A stretch of 64,000 nucleotides of DNA from Microbacteriaceae bacterium (GCA_025465035.1 JAODMH010000042.1:149-64148); one strand, 5' to 3'. Numbered from the stretch's first letter, positions 9,868 through 18,938 are shown. Numbers and translations: made by a program. Notes: generated by a model not told the origin, from the sequence alone.

Positions 9868-9899
9868 TGATCCGCCGGGCGTTTTCGCCCGGCGGATCA
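9868..9899 (+). terminator. Perfect 14-bp stem with a TTTT loop between the binding-protein and permease genes (attenuating or stabilising hairpin)
   Basis: TGATCCGCCGGGCG-TTTT-CGCCCGGCGGATCA. Confidence 0.7.
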
Positions 9900-9932
9900 T
9901 CCATGACCGAAACATACTGAACGGAGGATGGC

Positions 9933-10802
9933 ATGGTCTGGCTCAGCTCACGCTGGAAGATCGCCATCATGGCCGCACCGGCTCTGATCGTCTTCACAGC
10001 GCTGATCGTGTATCCGGTGATCTACTCCGCCGGCTACAGCCTCACTGACTTCGCCGGCTTCGGCGATCCGGCATTCGTCGGATTGAAGAACTACATCGAC
10101 CTGGGCAACGACCCGTTCTTTTGGTCCTCATTGAGGAACACGATCATTATTCTCGTAGTGAGCCTGGTGATCCTGGTGCCGGGATCGTTCGGCCTTGCGC
10201 TGTTACTTCGTCGACGTTTCCCCGGCGGAGGGGCACTGCGCGCCCTCGTCTTCGCACCGGTCATCATCGCGCCGATCCTGGTTGGACTTATCTGGGTGTT
10301 CATCCTCGACCCCAAGATCGGGCTCCTCGACCGGCTATTCGGTGCGCTCGGGTTGCCCCAGCCCGAGTGGATCGGCGGCAACGTACTGACCCCATACTCG
10401 GTAGCACTCGTTTTCGTCTGGGGCAGCGTGGGTTTCGCCATGACGATCTTCTATGCGGGGCTCCAGCAGCTGCCCACGGACATCCTCGAAGCGAGCTCGC
10501 TTGACGGCGCGAGCGGCTGGAAGCAACTCCTCTACATCACAGTGCCGCTCATGAAAGAGAGCTTCGCGATCGCGACAGTACTTCTCATCACCAACGTGTT
10601 CAAGATCTTCGAGCTCGTCTTCGTTCTCACCAATGGGGGACCGGTACATCGTTCGGAGACGCTCGTCAGCTACATGTACTTCATTACGTTCAACAACCAG
10701 CAATACGGGTCTGGAATGGCGCTTGCCGTCATCATCACCGTCCTGGGGGCGGTTGTATCGCTCGGCTATTTATTGCTCCTGAGAGGCAGGAAATCAGCGT
10801 GA
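9933..10802 (+). CDS. Carbohydrate ABC transporter permease
   Basis: Hydrophobic segments; EAA loop LEASSLDGASGWKQLLYITVPL. Confidence 0.92.
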   Translation: MVWLSSRWKIAIMAAPALIVFTALIVYPVIYSAGYSLTDFAGFGDPAFVGLKNYIDLGNDPFFWSSLRNTIIILVVSLVILVPGSFGLALLLRRRFPGGGALRALVFAPVIIAPILVGLIWVFILDPKIGLLDRLFGALGLPQPEWIGGNVLTPYSVALVFVWGSVGFAMTIFYAGLQQLPTDILEASSLDGASGWKQLLYITVPLMKESFAIATVLLITNVFKIFELVFVLTNGGPVHRSETLVSYMYFITFNNQQYGSGMALAVIITVLGAVVSLGYLLLLRGRKSA

Positions 10803-11662
10803 GTGCCCCCACGTCCCCACTCGGTCGCCGGAGTCGGCGCCGAACCGGAGGCATCGTCGCAGCAATCGCGGCTTACCTCATTACCTTCTTGATCCTCCTT
10901 CCGATCCTGTGGATCGTCCTGCTCTCATTCCAGTCGAGCGAGAAGATCCTCTCGAATCCCCTTGACCTGGGTTCACTCAGCTTGCTCAACTACGTGCACA
11001 CCGTCACGTCGCTCCCGCTGGCTCAGATGTACGGGAACACGATTCTCCTCGCCGTCGTATCCGTGACCATCGGCACCGCGATCTCGTTTATGGTGTCCTT
11101 CGCGTTGACTCGCATGATTTTCAGGCGGCGACGCGTACAGTCCGGGCTGCGGTTCTACATTCTCGCCGGGCTAGCCGTTCCGGTGTACATATTGCTGTTT
11201 CCCGTCTATCGACTGGACCTGGCGCTCGGAGTGTTCGGGTCATATGCCGCGCTGATCATCCCCTACGTCGGAGTGTCAATCCCTTTCAACACCCTCCTAC
11301 TTACTGGATTCCTGCGCGACCTTCCGACGGAAATCGAGGAGGCCGCGATCATCGACGGCGCCGGACTCACGCGACTCATTTGGAGCGTTGTGCTCCCGGT
11401 GATGAGGCCCGTCATCGCGACGGTACTGATTTTCAATGTCGTGTACGTCTTCAACGAATTTCCCTTCGCCTCGATCCTCATCAACAACCCAGACATGACG
11501 ACAGTCTCGCTCGCCGTCTCTCAGTTTCAGGGGCAATACAGCGTCGACTACGGCGGAATGATGGCCGCGGCCACCCTCGTGCTGTTGCCACAGCTGGTGA
11601 TCTACGCAATCTTCCAGAAGCAGGTGATAGCGGGGATGACGATGGGAGCCGTGAAGGGATAG
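10799..11662 (+). CDS. Carbohydrate ABC transporter permease
   Basis: EAA loop IEEAAIIDGAG; GTGA overlap with the previous gene. Confidence 0.92.
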   Translation: MSAPTSPLGRRSRRRTGGIVAAIAAYLITFLILLPILWIVLLSFQSSEKILSNPLDLGSLSLLNYVHTVTSLPLAQMYGNTILLAVVSVTIGTAISFMVSFALTRMIFRRRRVQSGLRFYILAGLAVPVYILLFPVYRLDLALGVFGSYAALIIPYVGVSIPFNTLLLTGFLRDLPTEIEEAAIIDGAGLTRLIWSVVLPVMRPVIATVLIFNVVYVFNEFPFASILINNPDMTTVSLAVSQFQGQYSVDYGGMMAAATLVLLPQLVIYAIFQKQVIAGMTMGAVKG

Positions 11663-11688
11663 CACCCGTCCGCCTGTCCCATCCTTTC

Positions 11689-11730
11689 TCGCGCTACATT
11701 TTGTACGCATTTCGCGCTGCATTCTGTACG
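11689..11730. repeat. Two-copy degenerate tandem repeat, period 23 (TCGCGCTACATTTTGTACG / TCGCGCTGCATTCTGTACG)
   Basis: 17 of 19 positions identical; intergenic. Confidence 0.55.
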
Positions 11731-11876
11731 ACCCCGCGGTGCCGCGAGCCCGAACGCGGCCGAAGCTCTCCGGCCTGGTCGTGAGTGGCGGCGACCGAAT
11801 AGCATAGTTATCTTGTAGGTTAATTAGCCAGTTGGTATATTGGCACCATGACCGCATTGAACCTCGAGATCCCCCG

Positions 11877-12230
11877 GTGACTACCGCGCAACTGGATGCC
11901 ACGTTTCTGGCGTTGGCGGATCCGACCCGGCGAGCGATTATCGGGCGACTGGCGAAGGGGGATGCGACGGTGAACGAATTGGCGGAACCGTTCGACATGA
12001 CGCTTCCCGCCGTCTCGAAGCACTTGAAGGTCTTGGAACGGTGTGGACTGATATCGCGATCGCGGCGAGCCCAGTTCAGGCCCTGTCATCTCGAAGACGA
12101 CGCTCTGCGCCGAGCGGAGACCTGGATCGAGGACAACCGTCGTCTGTGGGCCGAGCGGTTCGACAAGCTCGATGTGCACCTCCGAGACATTCAGCGTCCA
12201 TCATCACCCGAAAATGGAGCCGACAGATGA
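11877..12230 (+). CDS. ArsR/SmtB-family transcriptional regulator
   Basis: LDATFLALADPTRRAIIGRL and AVSKHLKVLERCGLI; GTG start inferred. Confidence 0.9.
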   Translation: MTTAQLDATFLALADPTRRAIIGRLAKGDATVNELAEPFDMTLPAVSKHLKVLERCGLISRSRRAQFRPCHLEDDALRRAETWIEDNRRLWAERFDKLDVHLRDIQRPSSPENGADR

Positions 12231-12703
12231 GCGGCAATGTCACGCAACCGGGGCAGTTGAGTTTCTTCCGTGTCTTCGATGCGCCACGCGATCTCGTCTT
12301 TCGCTGCATGATCGAGCCGGAGCACCTGACTCATTTCTGGGGACCGAATGGCGTGAGCACACCGCTGGATGGCATCGTGGTCGACCCACGCCCTGGCGGG
12401 GCATTCGAAACAACCATGGTCAACAATCGCGACGGCAGTGAATATCGAATGCGCGCCGTCTTTCACGAGGTATCAGAGCCCGAGCGGCTTGTCTGGGCCG
12501 ATGTGGACTCCGGCATGGTCACCACGACGACCTTCAGCGACCTCGGGAACGGACGCACCGAGATCCATATTCATCAGACGAACGTGCCCGAGGCGGTGCT
12601 CGCACCCAAAGCGCAGACGGGCTTCCTGACCTCGCTCGACCGGCTCACCGCCTACATCACCCGGCTTGCTCGCCCCCAGAGTCCACACGAAGGAATGACA
12701 TGA
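12227..12703 (+). CDS. SRPBCC (AHSA1-like) domain protein
   Basis: RVFDAPRDLVF, HFWGP, DPRPGGAF and EPERLVW; ATGA-coupled to the ArsR gene. Confidence 0.88.
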   Translation: MSGNVTQPGQLSFFRVFDAPRDLVFRCMIEPEHLTHFWGPNGVSTPLDGIVVDPRPGGAFETTMVNNRDGSEYRMRAVFHEVSEPERLVWADVDSGMVTTTTFSDLGNGRTEIHIHQTNVPEAVLAPKAQTGFLTSLDRLTAYITRLARPQSPHEGMT

Positions 12704-13470
12704 CCACAGCACACTCGGCAGACGGCACGGAGATTCGCTTCGACCGGTCAGGATCGGGGGAGCCGCTCATCCTGGTTCTCGGAGCATTCAACGAACGCGC
12801 TGCCGGAGAAGCGTTGGCGGCCTACCTGACCGACCATTTCACCGTCGTCAACTACGATCGGCGAGGTCGAGGCGAAAGCGGCGACACGCTTCCGTACGAC
12901 GTCGAGCGTGAGGTCGAAGATCTCGGAGCCGTGATCAACACTGTCGGGGGCGGCGCGGCCGTGGTCGGGTACTCCTCTGGCGCCGTGCTCGCGATGATCG
13001 CGGTCGATCGCGGTCTGCCGATTACGAAGCTCGCCCTGTATGAGCCTCCCTTCCCTCTCGATGGCATGGGCCCAGCATTCTTCACCGGCCTGGCCGAGAA
13101 CCTTCGCGAAGAGGTGAACCGCGGAAGACGCGGAGAGGCCGTGGAGCTCTTCCAGACACGCGCGGTCGGCATCCCTCCCGAGGTGGTTGCGCAAATACGG
13201 CAGGCGCCATTCTGGCCGGCGCTGGAAGAAATGGCCCACACGCTCGAATACGAAGCCCGGATCCTCGCGATCGACTCTGACCTACCGGCCCGGGTCGGTG
13301 TGCCCACTGTCGTAGTCGCCGGCTCCGCCAGCCCGCCCCTCCTCACCAACGCGGCGACAACGCTCGCGGGGAAACTGCCCCAGGGGACGCTGCGCACTCT
13401 TCGTGGGCAGACCCACGATCTCGTGCCGGAATCGGTGGGTCCGGTGCTGATCGAGTTCCTGGAATCGTAA
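12700..13470 (+). CDS. Alpha/beta fold hydrolase
   Basis: YDRRGRGESG, VGYSSGAVLA nucleophile elbow, C-terminal GQTH. Confidence 0.9.
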   Translation: MTTAHSADGTEIRFDRSGSGEPLILVLGAFNERAAGEALAAYLTDHFTVVNYDRRGRGESGDTLPYDVEREVEDLGAVINTVGGGAAVVGYSSGAVLAMIAVDRGLPITKLALYEPPFPLDGMGPAFFTGLAENLREEVNRGRRGEAVELFQTRAVGIPPEVVAQIRQAPFWPALEEMAHTLEYEARILAIDSDLPARVGVPTVVVAGSASPPLLTNAATTLAGKLPQGTLRTLRGQTHDLVPESVGPVLIEFLES

Positions 13471-13513
13471 AAGTGCGAGTTCACCGCCGCGATCTAGCCA
13501 GGCCGACCAGAAG

Positions 13514-14206
13514 TCAGCTCGTCCCAGCGCTGGCTTGAGCCGCCCACAGCTCTGCGAGGGGGCTCGCGTCGAGGTCTGCTAACAGGTCGGCAGCGTCGTC
13601 ATAAACAGCGACGGCGCCCGCGGTGGTGAGGTCGCCAGCGCCGGTGCCGCCCGATAGGAGCCCGATTGCTCTCAGGCCCGCTCTTGCGGCGGCGATGATG
13701 TCCCAGGTGGAATCGCCGACCATGAACGCCGAGCCTGCATCGACACCGCCCTTCTGCAGAGCAACGGTGATGATGTCCGGAGCGGGTTTGGCTTTCGTTA
13801 CATCTTCTGAGCTGGTGACGGCGAACGTATGGTGGCCGATGTCGAGGACTGCTTGCGACTCCTTCAGTTCCTCCTCCGGGGCGGACGTGGCCAACACCAC
13901 CCGCACTCCCCGGGACGCTATCGCTGCCACCAGTTCGCGCGCCTGATTCAGCACCTGGAGGCGAGGAACGAATTCTTGGTAGAACTTCGCGTGCAGCTCC
14001 TTCGCCTGGTCCTTGGCGGAGTCTGACTCGCCGCCGATCAGCAGGTCAAGCAACTCGTCGGAGTCGGCGCCGATGGCACGTTGGATCCGCCAGGACGGAA
14101 CCGTCAGCCTCCTCGCCCAGAATGCCCTGGCCCACGCCTCGACATGGAGGAAGTTGGAGTCGACGAGGGTTCCATCGATGTCGAAGAGAACGGCGGAAGG
14201 AGACAT
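13514..14206 (-). CDS. HAD-family hydrolase
   Basis: LFDIDGTLVDS, KPAPD and MVGDSTWD motifs. Confidence 0.92.
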   Translation of the reverse strand: MSPSAVLFDIDGTLVDSNFLHVEAWARAFWARRLTVPSWRIQRAIGADSDELLDLLIGGESDSAKDQAKELHAKFYQEFVPRLQVLNQARELVAAIASRGVRVVLATSAPEEELKESQAVLDIGHHTFAVTSSEDVTKAKPAPDIITVALQKGGVDAGSAFMVGDSTWDIIAAARAGLRAIGLLSGGTGAGDLTTAGAVAVYDDAADLLADLDASPLAELWAAQASAGTS

Positions 14207-14256
14207 GGAGACAATGCCAATCGGAAGTTGGGTGAGGGATTGGAGGTAGCTGGCCG

Positions 14257-14697
14257 TCACCCCGCGGCTCGCCCCACCGCGAGGTATTCGAGCCGTTTGA
14301 GGGTTTCGCGATTGCGGTAGTAGATGCCTTCGTTGCGGACCAGCCAAGGAACCATCGCGGCCGGGCCAGCCACAGCATCTTCTTGGATGCGGACTTCGCA
14401 TCCTTGCGCCGCGGGCCGAACATCGATCACGACGTACGCCTCGCCCGATGGCCAGGCGCGCGCTTTCAGTTCCAGATGCTCAGACGTGCGATAGTCGAGG
14501 ACCGTGGTGGAGTCGTCGATGAGCAGCGGCCATACGCCGAAGGAATGGCGAATGTTCGAACCCGGATTGGGCCAGTCGGGTTCAACGGCTCTGATCCGCG
14601 ATGCCCCAACCACCCAACCCGGATAGAGCCAGCCATCGGCGAGGATTCGGAAGACGTCACTTGGCCCGCACTTCATCACTCTGTGATTCGTTGTCAT
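14257..14697 (-). CDS. SRPBCC/polyketide cyclase-like protein
   Basis: VFRILADGWLYPGWVVGASRIR, typical of actinobacterial SRPBCC proteins. Confidence 0.8.
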   Translation of the reverse strand: MTTNHRVMKCGPSDVFRILADGWLYPGWVVGASRIRAVEPDWPNPGSNIRHSFGVWPLLIDDSTTVLDYRTSEHLELKARAWPSGEAYVVIDVRPAAQGCEVRIQEDAVAGPAAMVPWLVRNEGIYYRNRETLKRLEYLAVGRAAG

Positions 14698-15048
14698 CAG
14701 ATCCGCGGCTCCATCGGCGGGCATCGGTGAGCGGGGCTCCCACGACTAAGCGCCATTTCTGACCGTGGCGAAGCGCCGTCCCGGGCGGAGTCCGAGCAGA
14801 AACAACGTGTCGGCGTACTTTCCACGGAGAGATGGTGCGTTTGTCATGCTCATCAGGAGCTCCATCTACTAGTTGGTTCCCTCCATCGAAGCCCTCGGCC
14901 TTTCGTTTCGCGAGAGCTTGACCTCAACAAAAACGGGGCGTACCGCGGACGCGTTCCGGAATGCGAAATGGTGCGGCCGCGCATAGTGAGTGCTCCGCTG
15001 GATGGCGGGCTCGATTCCCGTCGCTCCGGTGATCGAAGCGGACCTCGG

Positions 15049-15819
15049 TCAGATGCGGAGGAAGTCCTCGGTGTTGGGCGAGGCGGCGACGGTTGCAGCT
15101 CTCCTGCGTGTTTTGAGTTCGTCGAGTTGTGGCGCGATGATGTCGGCAATATCGCTGGCCCATTTTCGGTAGGTTTGACCGTCGCGCACCCCCAGGGCGT
15201 TTGTCGGTTCGACAGCCGGCAGCGGAACGTAGGTTGCGTTTACGGAACCGCACAGCCGAGCGGTTGCGTTGTTCATCTGCAACGCATGAGCCGCAACGAT
15301 CGCGCCGAGTCTCGAACCGAACCCGGGAATAGTTTCGATCGGCGGAATACCGGTCACGAACGTCCTGGATTGTCCCGACGTCCTCTGGTCGAGGCCGCTG
15401 AGGACCGCGAAAAATCGTTTACTCCATGTCGGCAACGACATCAACTTGACCGCGTCATTTGCGCCGAGAACGACCACGATGACATCGAACCGGGATGTAT
15501 CGATCGCACTCAACACCTGCGGGGCATTGTTGACCGTGATCCGCATGTCCGCGACGAGTTCGACCATCGTCCCCCGTCTCGTCCTGCGGCTCAGTGCTCG
15601 GGCCAGCGACCCGGGCAGGGCGATCTGGTTGGTCAGCACACCCCAACCGACGGCCGGACCGGAACCGAATATCAGTATCCGATCGGCGTTCGGTCCCGCC
15701 GCGAAGGCCTCCGGCGCATCGCTCGGTCGCGGCACTGACTGACCCAGTCTTTGCTGCTGAATCAGCCAGGATCTCGTGAGCGGTGCCACCACAAGGCGGC
15801 GCAGATTATGCCGGTCCAC
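15049..15819 (-). CDS. SGNH/GDSL-fold protein with degenerate catalytic residues
   Basis: ILIFGSGPAVGWG in place of block I, VLGAND block III intact, no DxxH. Confidence 0.7.
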   Translation of the reverse strand: MDRHNLRRLVVAPLTRSWLIQQQRLGQSVPRPSDAPEAFAAGPNADRILIFGSGPAVGWGVLTNQIALPGSLARALSRRTRRGTMVELVADMRITVNNAPQVLSAIDTSRFDVIVVVLGANDAVKLMSLPTWSKRFFAVLSGLDQRTSGQSRTFVTGIPPIETIPGFGSRLGAIVAAHALQMNNATARLCGSVNATYVPLPAVEPTNALGVRDGQTYRKWASDIADIIAPQLDELKTRRRAATVAASPNTEDFLRI

Positions 15820-16150
15820 CTACCGAACCACGTGGTGAACTGCTGGTGAACTTCGGTGTTCTCGGCAGGTCGGATTTCCGCAGCCGGCGGATTGGAGGAG
15901 CAATTCAGTCCCTAAGAGTGGTAGGTCGAAGATCCCGAGTACCGCAAACGCGACTTGATCTAGGTGCACTTTAGCAAACCTCTTGGTTCTTTCACGTGAG
16001 GACGCTCCCATACTCGGCATTGCAGCCGCGCGCTCGCGAACCGGCTCCTGGCCGCACCCGAGTGATGGTCCGAGAAGAAGGCGGCGGAGCCCGAATCACC
16101 AACGTTCTTCGGCCAACTCGGACCGAATTCCCCTTATCCCCTCCTCGGCC

Positions 16151-16159
16151 GAGTGCTAA
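16151..16159. promoter_or_regulatory. Perfect CIRCE right half-site GAGTGCTAA (left arm degenerate)
   Basis: Matches the right arm of TTAGCACTC-N9-GAGTGCTAA; upstream of hsp20. Confidence 0.35.
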
Positions 16160-16170
16160 AATTTTTCATA

Positions 16171-16191
16171 GTTGAGCCAAACAGACTCAAG
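16171..16191. promoter_or_regulatory. HAIR (HspR operator) GTTGAGC-N7-ACTCAAG upstream of hsp20
   Basis: Consensus CTTGAGT-N7-ACTCAAG with 2 mismatches and exact spacing. Confidence 0.75.
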
Positions 16192-16213
16192 TTCAGGAAA
16201 GGGGAATTTCATC

Positions 16214-16645
16214 ATGGCAATGTCCTTCGATCCTTTCAGCGAACTGGATCGTCTAACCGGTAATCTGTTCCAGTTCCGCCCAGGATCCCGCTTCATGCCG
16301 GTCGACCTCTATAGAGACCACGACCAATATGTCCTCAACGCCGACCTGCCCGGTGTCGATCCAGGCTCGGTGGATGTCGACGTGGATGGACAGTTGCTGA
16401 CCGTCCGCGCACAACGCACCGCCGCCACCCGCGACGATGTGAAATGGCTGACCCAGGAACGGCCTAACGGCAGCTACCTGCGGCAATTCAGCCTCGGTGC
16501 GGGTGTCGACGCCGAGAAGATCAGCGCGAGCTACGACAACGGCGTGCTCAGCATCATCATCCCGGTGATGGACCACGCGAAACCGCGCAAAATCGAGGTC
16601 GCGGCCGGCGAGAAGTCGGAGAAACCTCATTCGATCACCGTGTAA
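16214..16645 (+). CDS. Hsp20/alpha-crystallin small heat-shock protein
   Basis: MPVDLYR, ADLPGVDP, QER..G.YLRQFSLG, ASYDNGVL and KPRKIEV motifs. Confidence 0.95.
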   Translation: MAMSFDPFSELDRLTGNLFQFRPGSRFMPVDLYRDHDQYVLNADLPGVDPGSVDVDVDGQLLTVRAQRTAATRDDVKWLTQERPNGSYLRQFSLGAGVDAEKISASYDNGVLSIIIPVMDHAKPRKIEVAAGEKSEKPHSITV

Positions 16646-16676
16646 GGCCACGCTGATCAGTTGCCGACGCTCGACC

Positions 16677-16733
16677 GCGGAGGTTCGGCGCGAGTGCGCC
16701 ATGCGGCGCACAGCGGTCGCGCCAAACCTCCGC
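16677..16733 (+). terminator. Long inverted repeat downstream of hsp20 (17-bp arms, 1 mismatch, nested inner hairpin)
   Basis: GCGGAGGTTCGGCGCGA ... TCGCGCCAAACCTCCGC. Confidence 0.6.
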
Positions 16734-16786
16734 CGTCGACGTTGGAGTCCGGCGGTCCTCCTCGACACCTCGACCGATGAGGATCA

Positions 16787-17824
16787 GTGAGCGCCATCGA
16801 CCTGTTGAGCGGGCCGCGGGGGCGGCGACTCTGCCTGCGGATCGCCACGTCCAGCAGCGCCCAGGCATGGACCGCCATGCGCTACGCGGCGGAGAATCCC
16901 TCGAATACCGCCTTCGTGGACGGGCTGATCAAGACCCTTGACGACCTGGATCTGACCTGGGTCGCTACGACGACCGACGAGCGCGCCCTGCTCGGCCCAC
17001 TCTCCGAATCCGTCAATGCCGCGAGGTACTGGCAACCCCCGGACGAGGAGGATGACCTCCTGACACATCCCGCGATCGTCGACGCTCTGAGGCCCATCGC
17101 CGATGCCGTGGCCACAGCTCCGACCGGCGTGTGGTGGTCGAGCCCTATCGCACTGGCCGAACAGCGGCATGCGGAGTGGCTCGACGACGGACGGAAGACG
17201 CCACCATCGCTGGGCGGAGCTGCGTCAAAACTCGCCGACTGGAAAGCCGCGACACTCCTCAACGAACGGAGATCTCCCTCCCCTCGGCGAAAGGTGTCCG
17301 CACCGCTTAGCGGCCAATGGTGGTCGACGCCCGCCCTGTCACGACTGCCGACCACGACACGTGGCCTGCCCGACCTTGGCGCAGTGCAGCTCATGCTGGT
17401 CGAAGATGGTTTCGGCTGGGAGGACGCCCGCGTCACGCCCCTCGCGGCAAGACCCGGATGCCGCATCTATGAGATCACCGGCCCCGAAGCGTGGGTGGAG
17501 CTGGTCGGCCGCTATCCGCTGGACGTGAGCCGGTCGAAGCGACACGACTGGTGGCGCACAACCGGCCGTGACGGAACCTGGGAGGTCCCGGACTGGCAGG
17601 CCGTCGCCGCCGACTTCGACGGAGTGCATCTCACTGTCTCCGGCTACCTCTGCACGGCAGGTCGTGCGCTGCCCGTCGAGGGAGCCCACACGCTGCTCGC
17701 GGGTTGGGATCCCGACCTGACCTACTGGCTCACCGATGCTCTCTCGAATGGCGGACGCGCGGTGGATTGGCGCCGCGATGACTCCGTCTGGGCGATGCAC
17801 GTGTCTACCTCAGATACGAGTTGA
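16787..17824 (+). CDS. Hypothetical protein, Trp-rich (345 aa)
   Basis: Long ORF with natural composition and motif-like PDWQAVAADFDGVHL...AGWDPDLTYWL; no family recognised. Confidence 0.75.
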   Translation: MSAIDLLSGPRGRRLCLRIATSSSAQAWTAMRYAAENPSNTAFVDGLIKTLDDLDLTWVATTTDERALLGPLSESVNAARYWQPPDEEDDLLTHPAIVDALRPIADAVATAPTGVWWSSPIALAEQRHAEWLDDGRKTPPSLGGAASKLADWKAATLLNERRSPSPRRKVSAPLSGQWWSTPALSRLPTTTRGLPDLGAVQLMLVEDGFGWEDARVTPLAARPGCRIYEITGPEAWVELVGRYPLDVSRSKRHDWWRTTGRDGTWEVPDWQAVAADFDGVHLTVSGYLCTAGRALPVEGAHTLLAGWDPDLTYWLTDALSNGGRAVDWRRDDSVWAMHVSTSDTS

Positions 17825-18884
17825 CGATCAAGTCGCCGCGGATCTCGCGCAGTCGATCCAGCAGACGCTCGATGAGCGCGTCCGAGACACCGGACGTCGC
17901 GAGGTCGTGTCGCCCGAGCGGTTGGAGCTTGCCGCAGCGGATCCGCACCACTTCCCAGCCGACCGCGCGGAGCATCCGGTCCTTCCTGCGGTCGGTGTCC
18001 TCTCGACGACCGACGTGTTCGAGCCCGTCGCGGCCGGTCGTGTCGTACTCGATTGCCACACGAAGTTCCGGCATGACGATGTCCGGCCACACCTCGAGGT
18101 GAGTGAAGAACGGACGAGCGACGCGCACGGCGTTGCATCCGAAGTCCACGTCCAGCCGGGCGGTCAACCTTGCTCGAAGATCCCCCTCCGCGGCGGATGC
18201 CGGCTTCGGCGCCCATGGGCTGTGGAAGGCTTCTCCCAGCGCGAACCGATCCGCTGCCGCACGAGCGTGATAGCAGATTCGACAGCGTCGCCCGTTCAGT
18301 AGCTGCTCGATGCGCGCTTGGTAGCTGCCGTGGCCCACCGGGCAGATCCAGGAGTAACGCCGGCTCACCCCGGTCTCCATCGCAAGGTCGGCCCGCAATC
18401 GCGGCGCGACGATCGCGAGCAGCTCGTCACGGGTGACGGGCGCACCGTCCAGACGACGGCAGAGGTAACAGCGATCATCGTCCGGGTCGAACTCGATGCG
18501 ATCGACGTCCCGCGGATGACCACAGACATGGGGTTCGGCCTCGGTTGCAGCGGTGCGGATGGGGACTCGTCGTCGCACCGCCAGCGCCGCGCACTCCGGG
18601 CACCAGTTCGAACGGCGTCGCGAGCGACCGGGACGCTGCCGCTGCTCCTCGGGCGTGGCGACGAAACGATGTCCCGAGTCGCACTCCCACAGCAGGTAGA
18701 CCTCGGCGACTGGCGGCACCTGACTTAGGCTGACGCCGCCGTTGAGGTCGGGATGGTACTGGCGGATCAGCACCGGATAGCGCTCCCAGTCCGATCGGAA
18801 CCGCCCGACCGGATACGGCACCGCCGTGGCCTTCGACCACTGGCGTCGTGACCACCACTGCTCGACGTTCTCCGGCACGCGCAT
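17805..18884 (-). CDS. Zinc-ribbon repeat protein with a C-terminal DUF559/Vsr-like nuclease-fold domain
   Basis: WECDSGH..WCPEC, CGH..CYLC, WICPVGH..CRIC; WPDIVMPELRVAIEYD...DRRKDRMLRAVGWEVVRIR. Confidence 0.75.
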   Translation of the reverse strand: MRVPENVEQWWSRRQWSKATAVPYPVGRFRSDWERYPVLIRQYHPDLNGGVSLSQVPPVAEVYLLWECDSGHRFVATPEEQRQRPGRSRRRSNWCPECAALAVRRRVPIRTAATEAEPHVCGHPRDVDRIEFDPDDDRCYLCRRLDGAPVTRDELLAIVAPRLRADLAMETGVSRRYSWICPVGHGSYQARIEQLLNGRRCRICYHARAAADRFALGEAFHSPWAPKPASAAEGDLRARLTARLDVDFGCNAVRVARPFFTHLEVWPDIVMPELRVAIEYDTTGRDGLEHVGRREDTDRRKDRMLRAVGWEVVRIRCGKLQPLGRHDLATSGVSDALIERLLDRLREIRGDLIVNSYLR

Positions 18885-18938
18885 CCTCCCTCCCCGGAAT
18901 CTACGACCGGCCACCGACGACGAGTCGGCTGCGTATGG

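Noticed and set aside
11820-11841. Imperfect palindrome before the ArsR gene as an autoregulatory operator
   Set aside because: Plausible but too degenerate and single-copy to support.
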